From contig PFGC01000041.1 of assembly GCA_002781785.1 (NCBI GenBank), forward strand, positions 145 through 64,144: a stretch of DNA of 64,000 bases, in the 5' to 3' direction. The notes beneath the pieces were generated by a model, which saw only the letters and a program-made list of their open reading frames with translations, was not told where the DNA came from and did no database searches. The translations under genes and the position numbers were made by a program. The stretch's first letter is position 1; each line of letters opens with the position of its first letter. The stretch is from Candidatus Kerfeldbacteria bacterium CG15_BIG_FIL_POST_REV_8_21_14_020_45_12. Lineage in GTDB: Bacteria > Patescibacteriota > Patescibacteriia > UBA9570 > XYC2-FULL-38-9. This document shows, one piece after another, positions 18,939 to 27,778 of this stretch.

Positions 18939-21338
18939 ATGCCTAATAAAAAGCCAAAAATTAAAATAAATAGCTGGACTATAATCGCTGGCAGTGTAGT
19001 TTTACTTTTTGTAATAAGCGTTGGTCTTTTGTGGTTAAACCAAAATAACAAACTAACTTACAGTGAGGCCGTTGTTCCCATTGAGCAGCCCACCGAAGCC
19101 AGGCCCAACGATACCTTTGTTATCGACATAGAATCCTCTATTCTCAACGGAACTTTATCACCGGTTAATTGGAGCGACGACCGCGGCGCTTCACGTAGCC
19201 TTGCTGGTAAGCCCTTAGAAATAACCTTTCCAGTATCAGCGGATATTGATTCATTTACCGCCAACGCCACAATTGAAAAATCCAACAATTCATTACTTCT
19301 AACCGCCAGTTGCCAAGAACAGGCAGATGATGGAGAGTATACAAAAATATTCTCAACCCCTCTTTATCTTGGGAATCTTGAAGACTGGTCACAAATTGCC
19401 TTATCAGGCGGTGGTTCACTTTACTCAAAGTCTAACCTGACAGCTAGTAAAACATCCTTACCAGAAATTGCTTCGTCTGCTCTACTCAGTAATAGACTAA
19501 TTTACATCGATCCAGTGTTTGCTAGTCGGGCTGATTTATCTGACCTGCTAACGCCAATGTTACCAGCCAGTAACAAAACGATAGAATACTCTACAACCTT
19601 CGAGCCGCCCTTACAGATCATGACTCAAGCAAGTGGTGATTTACTTATCGAATTCGAAAAGTTTAATATCAACGGCCTTCAAGATTCTGACGAAATGGCG
19701 GTTATAATAAATGATGCGACTGGCAAACAAATTGCAAAACGTACCGTCCCAGACGATGGAGTTACTAACGGTCGAGGAAAAAGAACCAGTCAATCAATCT
19801 CTCTAAGTATTCCTATTCCAGAGACAGGTCTTTACGAAATTTCGTTTAGTACAGGCAATCCTGATAACGTGCGAATAAAGAACCTTAAACTAAACACCAG
19901 CCACGCGGTTATTAGCAAACTTAGCGTTTCGCAACCAACGACTCTCTACACTGAAACAGAAGCAATGCGTTCAATCCAGTTATCTGTTGTCGACCGAACG
20001 CAAGTTAGCCTAATGAACTTAGAGACTGGTGAAATTACAAATCATCAATTGGCACCCAAGCAACATGGTGAGTCATTTTTTATAGACATCATGCCAGGTA
20101 AGTATGAAATAACCTTCGACAATAAAAGCGTCATATATTTTGGATCTTTTTCAGAGAGTAGCACCAGCTTCTTTACTCCGTTTGTCTTTGAAGTAACCCA
20201 GGACGCCTTTCAAGCAGATATACTTTTGAGCGACTTAAAAATTTCCACAGACCAAACAGATAATGTTTCTCTTGAGCTACCAATAAATTGTACACCAGCA
20301 ACAAATGATAAAAACGCCACCACAGTAACACTAGACTCAGTTCTTGAGCCAACCCTCAGAGCCTTACCAGAGGCCAAGCTGATCAGTGAGCGTTACAAGT
20401 TATATGCCGACCTATGTGGCGCTTACCTGTATAGCAGCAACGCACTTGACCTACTACCAACGACAGAAACAGAGAACGCCTGTGACCCACAGACAATTGA
20501 TGAATCTGTAGTGGCCATGAAACTAGCTAATCTATTAGCACCTGAGGAAGAGGGCTTTAATTATTCTGAATCTAGAATAAGACCTTATCTTGTCAGTACA
20601 GAAAATATTTCGACATCACAAGAAAAAAACACTCTAAGCGCCAGTATTAAAGGGGCTGTTAGTGGATACTTTGTTGCTCAAGGAGATCTAGAGTTTGATT
20701 TTAACGTATCAGATATAAATAGACACTCTGGATCAGATGATATAGTTCTAGAAATTATAGACATCCGTCAGGAAACTGTTTTTTCACAAATTTTTCCAGG
20801 GGATACCGTAGATACGAACTCTGGAATCCAAACGGCCCCACGACATCAAGAGGTTAAATTGGCAGAACTCTCCGGACTATACCAGTTTAAAATAAGTGAA
20901 TTACCCTATGGTAGCTCCAGTAATGATTTCATCATCGACGACCTGTCGATCAACACCGATCGCGTTATCCTGAATGACACAATTAGATTTGTTAATAGCT
21001 CAGTTTCCGGGGCGGTTGCTAATGCTGGAGGAATCGAACAGGCAGAATTTGTAATCAATAAGGCCATTGAATCAGACAAAGATGCAACGGTTTTTCTTAA
21101 CAACTCTCCTATCACCAACACCACCGGAAAGAGAGCGTTAGACAAAATAATGCAAAATTCTCCGGTGAATTTTCGACTAGACAACGATTCACTGACTCTC
21201 CGTAATGCTGATTTTTACCCGTTTTCTCCTGAGCCTTTTGCCCACGAATATTTTAATCCTGGAACCAATTTTATTATCAGCAACTACGTTATTGATTGGT
21301 TGATAGAACTACGTGGACTGTCATTTTCTCTACGGTAA
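18939..21338 (+). CDS. Large hypothetical N-terminally anchored, Ser/Thr/Asn-rich surface protein (799 aa)
   Basis: Signal-anchor IIAGSVVLLFVISVGLLWL, then an about 760-aa S/T/N-rich extracytoplasmic region with many N-x-S/T sequons. Sits immediately upstream of a PMT/ArnT-like GT-C. Confidence 0.5.
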   Translation: MPNKKPKIKINSWTIIAGSVVLLFVISVGLLWLNQNNKLTYSEAVVPIEQPTEARPNDTFVIDIESSILNGTLSPVNWSDDRGASRSLAGKPLEITFPVSADIDSFTANATIEKSNNSLLLTASCQEQADDGEYTKIFSTPLYLGNLEDWSQIALSGGGSLYSKSNLTASKTSLPEIASSALLSNRLIYIDPVFASRADLSDLLTPMLPASNKTIEYSTTFEPPLQIMTQASGDLLIEFEKFNINGLQDSDEMAVIINDATGKQIAKRTVPDDGVTNGRGKRTSQSISLSIPIPETGLYEISFSTGNPDNVRIKNLKLNTSHAVISKLSVSQPTTLYTETEAMRSIQLSVVDRTQVSLMNLETGEITNHQLAPKQHGESFFIDIMPGKYEITFDNKSVIYFGSFSESSTSFFTPFVFEVTQDAFQADILLSDLKISTDQTDNVSLELPINCTPATNDKNATTVTLDSVLEPTLRALPEAKLISERYKLYADLCGAYLYSSNALDLLPTTETENACDPQTIDESVVAMKLANLLAPEEEGFNYSESRIRPYLVSTENISTSQEKNTLSASIKGAVSGYFVAQGDLEFDFNVSDINRHSGSDDIVLEIIDIRQETVFSQIFPGDTVDTNSGIQTAPRHQEVKLAELSGLYQFKISELPYGSSSNDFIIDDLSINTDRVILNDTIRFVNSSVSGAVANAGGIEQAEFVINKAIESDKDATVFLNNSPITNTTGKRALDKIMQNSPVNFRLDNDSLTLRNADFYPFSPEPFAHEYFNPGTNFIISNYVIDWLIELRGLSFSLR

Positions 21339-21344
21339 GAAAAC

Positions 21345-23150
21345 GTGATGCTTCTCTTTACTCGGTTGAAACAGCACGGTCCTAGTATCATTGGCATCAC
21401 AGCACTATTGGCTTTGTCGCTTAACCAAGTTTTTCACTCTTTTTTTAACTTAACCGTCTGGCCACCGCTGAAGCTTGGACTGTTCATAATAACGATAGCC
21501 TGGGTTACACTTAAACTTACCGAAAACCAGATTAGCGGCCAAGACACTAGTAAAAAATATCCACTCCACCACTGGTTACCGGGAGTAGCGCTTGTTTTAA
21601 TACTAGCAGCCGGCCTATTACTGAGACTCTACCATTTAGGCTACCTGGGCCTTAGTACCGACGAAGGGTCAACGGCTTTATTTAGTCACGCCATTTCAAT
21701 CAGTGGGCTACCCTGCATAGACGGCGAGTGCTACTTACGTGGCTTCCCTTATCTATACCTAGTGTCATTTTTTACAGGCATTTTTGGTAGCACAGAATTT
21801 TGGGTGAGACTGCCGGGCTTAGCTATCACAGCAACTATTATTCCACTGATGTATTTTATCACCAAGCGTCTGAGCAATCACTCATCAGCGCTTATTGTAG
21901 TTTCACTTGTGGCCTTTACCGACTGGAATATGATGCTGAGTCGCTACGCTCGAATGTACAATCTACTTTTGCTATTCATCCTTATTTCCATCGCTCTCTT
22001 TTCACATTACCTAAAAAAACAGCAATGGTGGATAGGCTTCCTGTTGGTTATTAGCTCAGGATTGGCTATGGTTACACACCAATTTGGATTGTTGCTGGGC
22101 TTTATATCACTACACCTTATTGTAACTAAAAGACCATTTACCATCAAAGACGGTTTTCTCAGCGGTGGAATTATACTAGCAGCGGTATATGTTCTGACTC
22201 AAGTCCCCGGCCTAACCTATGAAACAGGCTTTCAATCCATTTATAGCATTGTTCCACAACGACTCCAAAGTGATCAATTTTGGTTTTTGAGCAACCTGCA
22301 ATTTCCTCAGTTTACTTACTTCAAGGAATTGTTCATTTACCAAGCACCGTTATTTTCCCTGTTAATTGGCGGGACGCTAGCCCGAATTGCTCAATTACGA
22401 AATGGTGGTTGGAAAAAAATAGACCCTTCGATCAATTCTTTTTTCTATATATTTATTGTTGGGATATTTCTAGCGCTAGCTTTTTACAACATTAATTATT
22501 CACTAAAATACCTGTGGTGGATTTTAACCCTGATCCTGATACCAATTGGTACCATTATTTTCCATCTTTTTCGCGATAAAAAAATAGTTGCCGTCGGCCT
22601 AACGCTAATTATTTTGGCAGCAAACATTCCTGGAGTGATCACGGTTTTGGGTAGGGATTATGGCGATATCCAAACTGACCGCCCCCTTCTCATGTCATCG
22701 GAAGCTGAATCTTACTATCCTGATGACAAGACGCCAGTTGAATACGTTATCACTCATATGCAGCCCGGTGATATAATTATCACAGACTACTTTATTCACA
22801 ATGTATATTTGGAACTTCAAATAGGTGCTCAAAGTAACTATTTTGTACTACCAGAATCACCTACCCGCTTCCTGCAAACTTATCCATACTACGGACTTTA
22901 TCGAGACACTAATAACTGGCGACTACGAGAACATGGATCAATCCTGATTCACACTAGCACCGAGCTTGCACAAATAATCAATCAAGCCGATACTACGGTT
23001 TGGATTATCACTGCCGTTGATTTTTCAGGTAAGCAGCACAAAATTTCAAACGGTGGGGTCACGCGCTATTTACGAAATAATTACACAGGAAGCATCGTTT
23101 ACACAGGATTCGATGACAACAGCCAAGTCTATGCCATCAACCCAAGATAA
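21345..23150 (+). CDS. GT-C fold membrane glycosyltransferase (PMT/ArnT-like, GT39/GT83-like)
   Basis: More than 10 predicted TM helices. First extracytoplasmic loop has an acidic DE motif (LGLSTDEGSTALF) as in the PMT/ArnT families. C-terminal soluble domain. Confidence 0.55.
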   Translation: MMLLFTRLKQHGPSIIGITALLALSLNQVFHSFFNLTVWPPLKLGLFIITIAWVTLKLTENQISGQDTSKKYPLHHWLPGVALVLILAAGLLLRLYHLGYLGLSTDEGSTALFSHAISISGLPCIDGECYLRGFPYLYLVSFFTGIFGSTEFWVRLPGLAITATIIPLMYFITKRLSNHSSALIVVSLVAFTDWNMMLSRYARMYNLLLLFILISIALFSHYLKKQQWWIGFLLVISSGLAMVTHQFGLLLGFISLHLIVTKRPFTIKDGFLSGGIILAAVYVLTQVPGLTYETGFQSIYSIVPQRLQSDQFWFLSNLQFPQFTYFKELFIYQAPLFSLLIGGTLARIAQLRNGGWKKIDPSINSFFYIFIVGIFLALAFYNINYSLKYLWWILTLILIPIGTIIFHLFRDKKIVAVGLTLIILAANIPGVITVLGRDYGDIQTDRPLLMSSEAESYYPDDKTPVEYVITHMQPGDIIITDYFIHNVYLELQIGAQSNYFVLPESPTRFLQTYPYYGLYRDTNNWRLREHGSILIHTSTELAQIINQADTTVWIITAVDFSGKQHKISNGGVTRYLRNNYTGSIVYTGFDDNSQVYAINPR

Positions 23151-24609
23151 TCACAATAATTCTGGCTGGAAACTTAGCGGCACTATTTTTGTGCTAGCCT
23201 CAAGCCTAGCCACACAGGGCTTGATGTTCTTAACCGCGATAGTTTTGGCTCGTGTTCTCAGCAAAGCTGATCTAGGAGTTTACTCAATTGTTATTCAAAT
23301 TCAGAACATCCTAGTTCTAGCCCTACCGCTTGCCATTCCCCTAGCCCTTACCTCTATTATTGCCAAAGAACAAAAAGCGGCTGAGAAGGTAGCCCATCTC
23401 ATGACCACATCTTTGCAACTTGCAGCCATTACCACTGTAATTTTTGGCAGCGCCTTTGTGGTAATTAATCTTCTATTCGCTGAGTCTATTTATGGTACTC
23501 CTCGAATTACTCAGTACTTAATTCTGGTTCTAATTGGAGCAATTCTTACTAGTCAATTTCAGATCGCTCGAGGTGGTTTACACGGCTTAAAACAAATGCA
23601 GGTGCCGGCAGTGGCGATTACGCTCGGTAGCTTAGCGGGACTACTGGCCATGCCCCTAGCTGTTGTTTACGGCCTTAGCGGCGCGCTTGGAGCCACCATT
23701 ATTGGCGGAGCGGTTAGCTTGATCATAGTCGCAATTGGCATGAAAAGAACTGCCAGCTCTCTTACCACCGAGCACATTCTCAAAAAAATATCGCTGATCG
23801 ACCTGGGAGATTTAAGCAAAATAGCCTTGCCTCTATTTGGATCTTCTGTTGTCTTATTTGTGGCACTCCTGATTGCTCGTACAGTATTACAGTGGCAAGG
23901 TGGCTTTGATGAGGTTGGTAACTTCCAGATAGCGAATAATATTATTCAGGCGATGACAGTAATTCCAATCGCCATCGCTACCATTGCCCTACCCGCCACC
24001 GCCAAGCTTTCTACCGCAGGTGACAGCGAGAGCGCATCAATTTTTAAGTTTGTTAAAGAAGCTTTTTCAAAGTCATCGACTACTGCGGCCATTATGGTAG
24101 TACTAGTCACTTCTACAATCTATCTAATTCCCATTATCTACGGACGGCAGTACGACGAGGCCATGACTGCAGTTATGCTAATTGCCTTAGCTTATGGGAT
24201 TATTGCTCCGTTTGCTGCCACCCTAAACCAAGTGCTTATCTCAGAAAACAGAACTGTACTACGCATGATTATCGATGTTGTCGTTGGCTTGCTTATTATT
24301 CTAGGAACTTACCTGCTTGGAAAAAATTGGGGAGCCTCGGGCCTAGCCTTAAGTTACGGTTTAGCTTATACAGGCGCCGCAGTCTGGATGGCCTGTCTTT
24401 ATCACAAAAAAACCGGTTGGAATATATTTCTCCGTCACGGACTACTTTCAATAATTCTCGCTCTTCAGATTTTAAGTTTCTATACTGACTACTTTATCAT
24501 CGCAACGTGCGTTACAATTTTGGTAGTTTTAATTATCACCAAATCAGACGTTATGGACATTGCCAACAAGCTACTATCACCTCTTCTCAAGCGCGTTAGA
24601 AAGAATTAA
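23113..24609 (+). CDS. Wzx-like oligosaccharide flippase / polysaccharide biosynthesis protein (MOP superfamily)
   Basis: About 12-14 TM helices. Start trimmed to ATG 23113 (MTTAKSM), because the upstream part of the ORF lies inside the preceding gene. Confidence 0.65.
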   Translation: MTTAKSMPSTQDNHNNSGWKLSGTIFVLASSLATQGLMFLTAIVLARVLSKADLGVYSIVIQIQNILVLALPLAIPLALTSIIAKEQKAAEKVAHLMTTSLQLAAITTVIFGSAFVVINLLFAESIYGTPRITQYLILVLIGAILTSQFQIARGGLHGLKQMQVPAVAITLGSLAGLLAMPLAVVYGLSGALGATIIGGAVSLIIVAIGMKRTASSLTTEHILKKISLIDLGDLSKIALPLFGSSVVLFVALLIARTVLQWQGGFDEVGNFQIANNIIQAMTVIPIAIATIALPATAKLSTAGDSESASIFKFVKEAFSKSSTTAAIMVVLVTSTIYLIPIIYGRQYDEAMTAVMLIALAYGIIAPFAATLNQVLISENRTVLRMIIDVVVGLLIILGTYLLGKNWGASGLALSYGLAYTGAAVWMACLYHKKTGWNIFLRHGLLSIILALQILSFYTDYFIIATCVTILVVLIITKSDVMDIANKLLSPLLKRVRKN

Positions 24610-25490
24610 TCTTCTTCAGGCTGCTCTATTTTATTCAAATATAATTCTGGTGGCACGCCATGTTCCTCCAAAATTGATGTTATCTCAGCCGCGTGCCTGC
24701 GCTTGTATAGATATGAAAAAACCTGGGCATGAACCAAAAAATAATAGAAGCCCTTTTCCATACACATATACAAACCATAAGTACCGTCTAGAAAGCCTCC
24801 TTTAAATACAATCAAACCAAGTGACTCTTTCATGCCATAGTAAAACATTTGAAGTGTCACTTTACACATCTCTGTAAGACTTACTCGAGTCTGCTTAGCG
24901 TACCCTCTCTCTTCAATAATTTGGCCTGCCTCAAGCTTGGCGTATTTTGTGTATTTTTCAACGGTCGCGCTCATCTCCACATAACTAAAATGATAGACCA
25001 CGTTATCTAGCGTCCGCGTGGTGCTACCCTCTGGCAATAAGACGGTTTCGTGCACTGCGTCATTACTCCAATAACCCTTGTCTGCTCGAAACAACCTCAT
25101 ATGCTTATGAGAAAACCCGCCATGCTTAATCCATTTCCCAAACATAAAATCCCTTCTCCGAATCACAAAACCATCTTCTACTGGACTCTCCAAAGCGCGC
25201 TGTATTTCAACTGCTAGCTCAGGCGATACAACTTCGTCTGAAGCTACAAAAAATATCCATTCATGCTTTGCCCGGTCCATCGCATAGGTCCATTGCTTAG
25301 AAAAAGTGTCTAACTTTCTCGTAAAGATAGATGAAGTATATTTTTCCAAAACTGGACGATATCTTGCAGAGCTTTCGTCATCAATTACAAGGATCTCATC
25401 TGCCCAATGTAGGCTCTTTAGAGTCGCCTCAATCGTCTGCCCGTGCGCATCGTGAAATGGCGTAATCACGGTTATTTTATGTCTTTCCAT
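24606..25490 (-). CDS. Glycosyltransferase family 2 (WaaE/KdtX-like)
   Basis: ITVITPFHDAHGQTIEATLKSLHWADEILVIDDESS resembles the WaaE-type N-terminus (..NEE..I..CL.S..WADEIIVVDSGSTD). Downstream FVASDEVVSPEL. Confidence 0.65.
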   Translation of the reverse strand: MERHKITVITPFHDAHGQTIEATLKSLHWADEILVIDDESSARYRPVLEKYTSSIFTRKLDTFSKQWTYAMDRAKHEWIFFVASDEVVSPELAVEIQRALESPVEDGFVIRRRDFMFGKWIKHGGFSHKHMRLFRADKGYWSNDAVHETVLLPEGSTTRTLDNVVYHFSYVEMSATVEKYTKYAKLEAGQIIEERGYAKQTRVSLTEMCKVTLQMFYYGMKESLGLIVFKGGFLDGTYGLYMCMEKGFYYFLVHAQVFSYLYKRRHAAEITSILEEHGVPPELYLNKIEQPEED

Positions 25491-25582
25491 TGACCAAAAT
25501 ACGTTAAAGTCCTATCCTATTGCAGATAGTCAACCGACCGAATTTATATTCGATCAAAACTACCTACTCGTAAGCTATTCTA

Positions 25583-26608
25583 ATGGAATCCACTATGAAG
25601 TCAATTGGCGTGGCCGTAATCGGACTCGGTTACTGGGGGCCAAATCTAGTACGAAACTTTAGCACAACAACAGGCGCTGAGCTTTTATACGGTTGCGATT
25701 TAGACGAAAACCTTTGCGCAAAAACCGCCAGCCAACACCCTAACATCACTGTTACGACAGACTATGGAAAAATTCTAGCCGACGAAGCGGTTCAACTAGT
25801 AGCCATCGCCACACCAGTTGCGACTCACTACAAACTAGCCAAATTAGCTCTGGAAGCTGGCAAGCATGTCTTCGTTGAAAAACCCATGACACAGACTAGT
25901 GCCGAAAGTGAAGAGCTTATACAACTAGCCAAGGACAAGAACTTGATCCTAGCAATCGACCACCCATTTATCTTCAGTGGTGTTGTCAAGAAAATGCAAG
26001 ATCTCATAAACTCTGGTGATATTGGGGATGTTTTATATTACGACTCAGTTAGAATAAATTTAGGCCTATTTCGCTCCGACGTTAACGTAATCTGGGACTT
26101 GCTTCCACACGATCTCTCTATCTTGGCTGAAATATTTACCGACAAACCAATTTCAGTTCAAGCTATCGGACTTGATCACTTTGACAGAAACAACGTTGAC
26201 GTAGCCTATATTGCATTGCGATACCCAAACAACGTCACTGCTCACGTTCACGTTAGCTGGACCTCACCTGTAAAAATAAGACAGATGATTCTCGGCGGAA
26301 CCAAAAAAATGGTTGTTGTCGATGACGTCGCTCCAGATGAAAAGCTTAAACTTTACGATAGAGGTGTTGATCAAGAACAGCAAGAAAAAGCTCAAAGCCC
26401 ATTTCAACCACTTTATCGATCAGGCGACGTCGTCATTCCTAAACTCGATCAAGCTGAACCACTAGCTGCTGAGTGTGCCAATGTCATTGCTGCCATCAAC
26501 GGCGAAGCAGCCCTGAGGGCCACCGGCGAGGTCGGTTTAGACATTGTACGCATCCTTGAGGCAACCGACAGGTCACTGGCGGAAGGCGGTATTAAAATTT
26601 CATTGTAA
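25583..26608 (+). CDS. Gfo/Idh/MocA-family NAD(P)-dependent sugar oxidoreductase (WbpB/WlbA-like nucleotide-sugar 3-dehydrogenase)
   Basis: IGVAVIGLGYWGPNLVRNF Rossmann motif and the EKP motif (VFVEKPM). Confidence 0.8.
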   Translation: MESTMKSIGVAVIGLGYWGPNLVRNFSTTTGAELLYGCDLDENLCAKTASQHPNITVTTDYGKILADEAVQLVAIATPVATHYKLAKLALEAGKHVFVEKPMTQTSAESEELIQLAKDKNLILAIDHPFIFSGVVKKMQDLINSGDIGDVLYYDSVRINLGLFRSDVNVIWDLLPHDLSILAEIFTDKPISVQAIGLDHFDRNNVDVAYIALRYPNNVTAHVHVSWTSPVKIRQMILGGTKKMVVVDDVAPDEKLKLYDRGVDQEQQEKAQSPFQPLYRSGDVVIPKLDQAEPLAAECANVIAAINGEAALRATGEVGLDIVRILEATDRSLAEGGIKISL

Positions 26609-26623
26609 TTAATTTAATCCTAT

Positions 26624-27739
26624 ATGAAAGTTCCATTTGTAGATCTACAACAGCAGTACCGCAGCATCAAATCAGAAATTGATCCTGCAATTTTAGCAGT
26701 ACTAGACGAAGCTCATTTCATCATGGGCCCAGAAGTCTATGCCTTTGAAGACGAATTTTCCGTTTTTTCAGGTGTTGAATTTACCACTAGCATGGGCACT
26801 GGAACTGACGCGCCTCACATTGCCCTAAGGGCTATGGGAATCGGCGCTGGTGACGAGGTGATCACTCAATCAAACACCTTTATTGCAACCCTAGAAGCCA
26901 TTATCATGGCCGGTGCTAAACCAGTGCTTGTAGACATGACCCCTGACACCTATAACATGGACCCTGATCTGCTAGAGGCGGCTATCACTGATAAAACTAA
27001 GGCTATTATTCCCGTTCACATGTACGGCCAACCGTGCCAGATGGACGAAATAAATGCCATCGCTAAAGCTCATCATTTGTTTGTACTTGAGGATAATGCC
27101 CAGTCCGTGGGAGCAAAGTATAAAGGTCGCCCAACTGGTTCACTTGGCGACGCCGCGTCAACTAGTTTTTATCCAGGAAAGAACTTAGGCGCCTACGGTG
27201 ACGCTGGAGCAGTGACAACCAACAATGAGGAGTGGACCGTCAGAATGCGCATGATGCGCGATCATGGGTCTAGTCGAAAGTATCACCATGATGTTTGGGG
27301 AACCAATTCCAGACTAGACGGCGTTCAAGCCGCTGTGCTTCATGTAAAAATGAAATACATTGACCAGTGGAATCAGCAACGTCGTGAGGCCGGAGCCAAA
27401 TATTCTGAAAAACTTTCTGGAGTAGGCGGTCTAAAATTACCCACCACCCATCCTGACACTGATCACATTTACCATCTCTATGTTGTGCAAACCAAAGATG
27501 AGACTGAGCGCGACGCCTTAATGAAACAACTTCAAGACAATGACATCGGCGTTGCTATTCACTATCCAATTCCACCACACCTGCAACCTGGTTACACAAA
27601 CCTTGGCTACAAGCTCGGTGACTTTCCAAGAGCCGAGTCCTACGCCAAGCGCATTATCTCATTGCCCATCTTTCCAGAAATTACCGACGAACAAATTGAC
27701 CACGTTGTCGAAAACATAAAAAATTTCTACGCCAAGTAG
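26624..27739 (+). CDS. DegT/DnrJ/EryC1/StrS-family PLP-dependent sugar aminotransferase (WbpE-like)
   Basis: N-terminus VPFVDLQQQYRSIKSEIDPAIL and family-typical HIYHLYVV. Paired with the WbpB-like oxidoreductase upstream. Confidence 0.88.
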   Translation: MKVPFVDLQQQYRSIKSEIDPAILAVLDEAHFIMGPEVYAFEDEFSVFSGVEFTTSMGTGTDAPHIALRAMGIGAGDEVITQSNTFIATLEAIIMAGAKPVLVDMTPDTYNMDPDLLEAAITDKTKAIIPVHMYGQPCQMDEINAIAKAHHLFVLEDNAQSVGAKYKGRPTGSLGDAASTSFYPGKNLGAYGDAGAVTTNNEEWTVRMRMMRDHGSSRKYHHDVWGTNSRLDGVQAAVLHVKMKYIDQWNQQRREAGAKYSEKLSGVGGLKLPTTHPDTDHIYHLYVVQTKDETERDALMKQLQDNDIGVAIHYPIPPHLQPGYTNLGYKLGDFPRAESYAKRIISLPIFPEITDEQIDHVVENIKNFYAK

Positions 27740-27747
27740 AACAACTA

Positions 27748-27778
27748 CAGCCTCCTAATTGGAGGCTGTTTTTATTTT
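27748..27778 (+). terminator. Rho-independent terminator at a convergent gene junction
   Basis: Stem CAGCCTCC (27748-27755), 5-nt loop, stem GGAGGCTG (27761-27768), then TTTTTATTTT. Located 9 nt after the aminotransferase stop codon. Confidence 0.6.

Noticed and set aside
23017-23112. Upstream extension of the flippase ORF (MIFQVSSTKFQ...)
   Set aside because: This part lies entirely inside the 3' end of the preceding GT-C gene in another frame. A start at ATG 23113 (or 23131) gives a normal overlapping junction.
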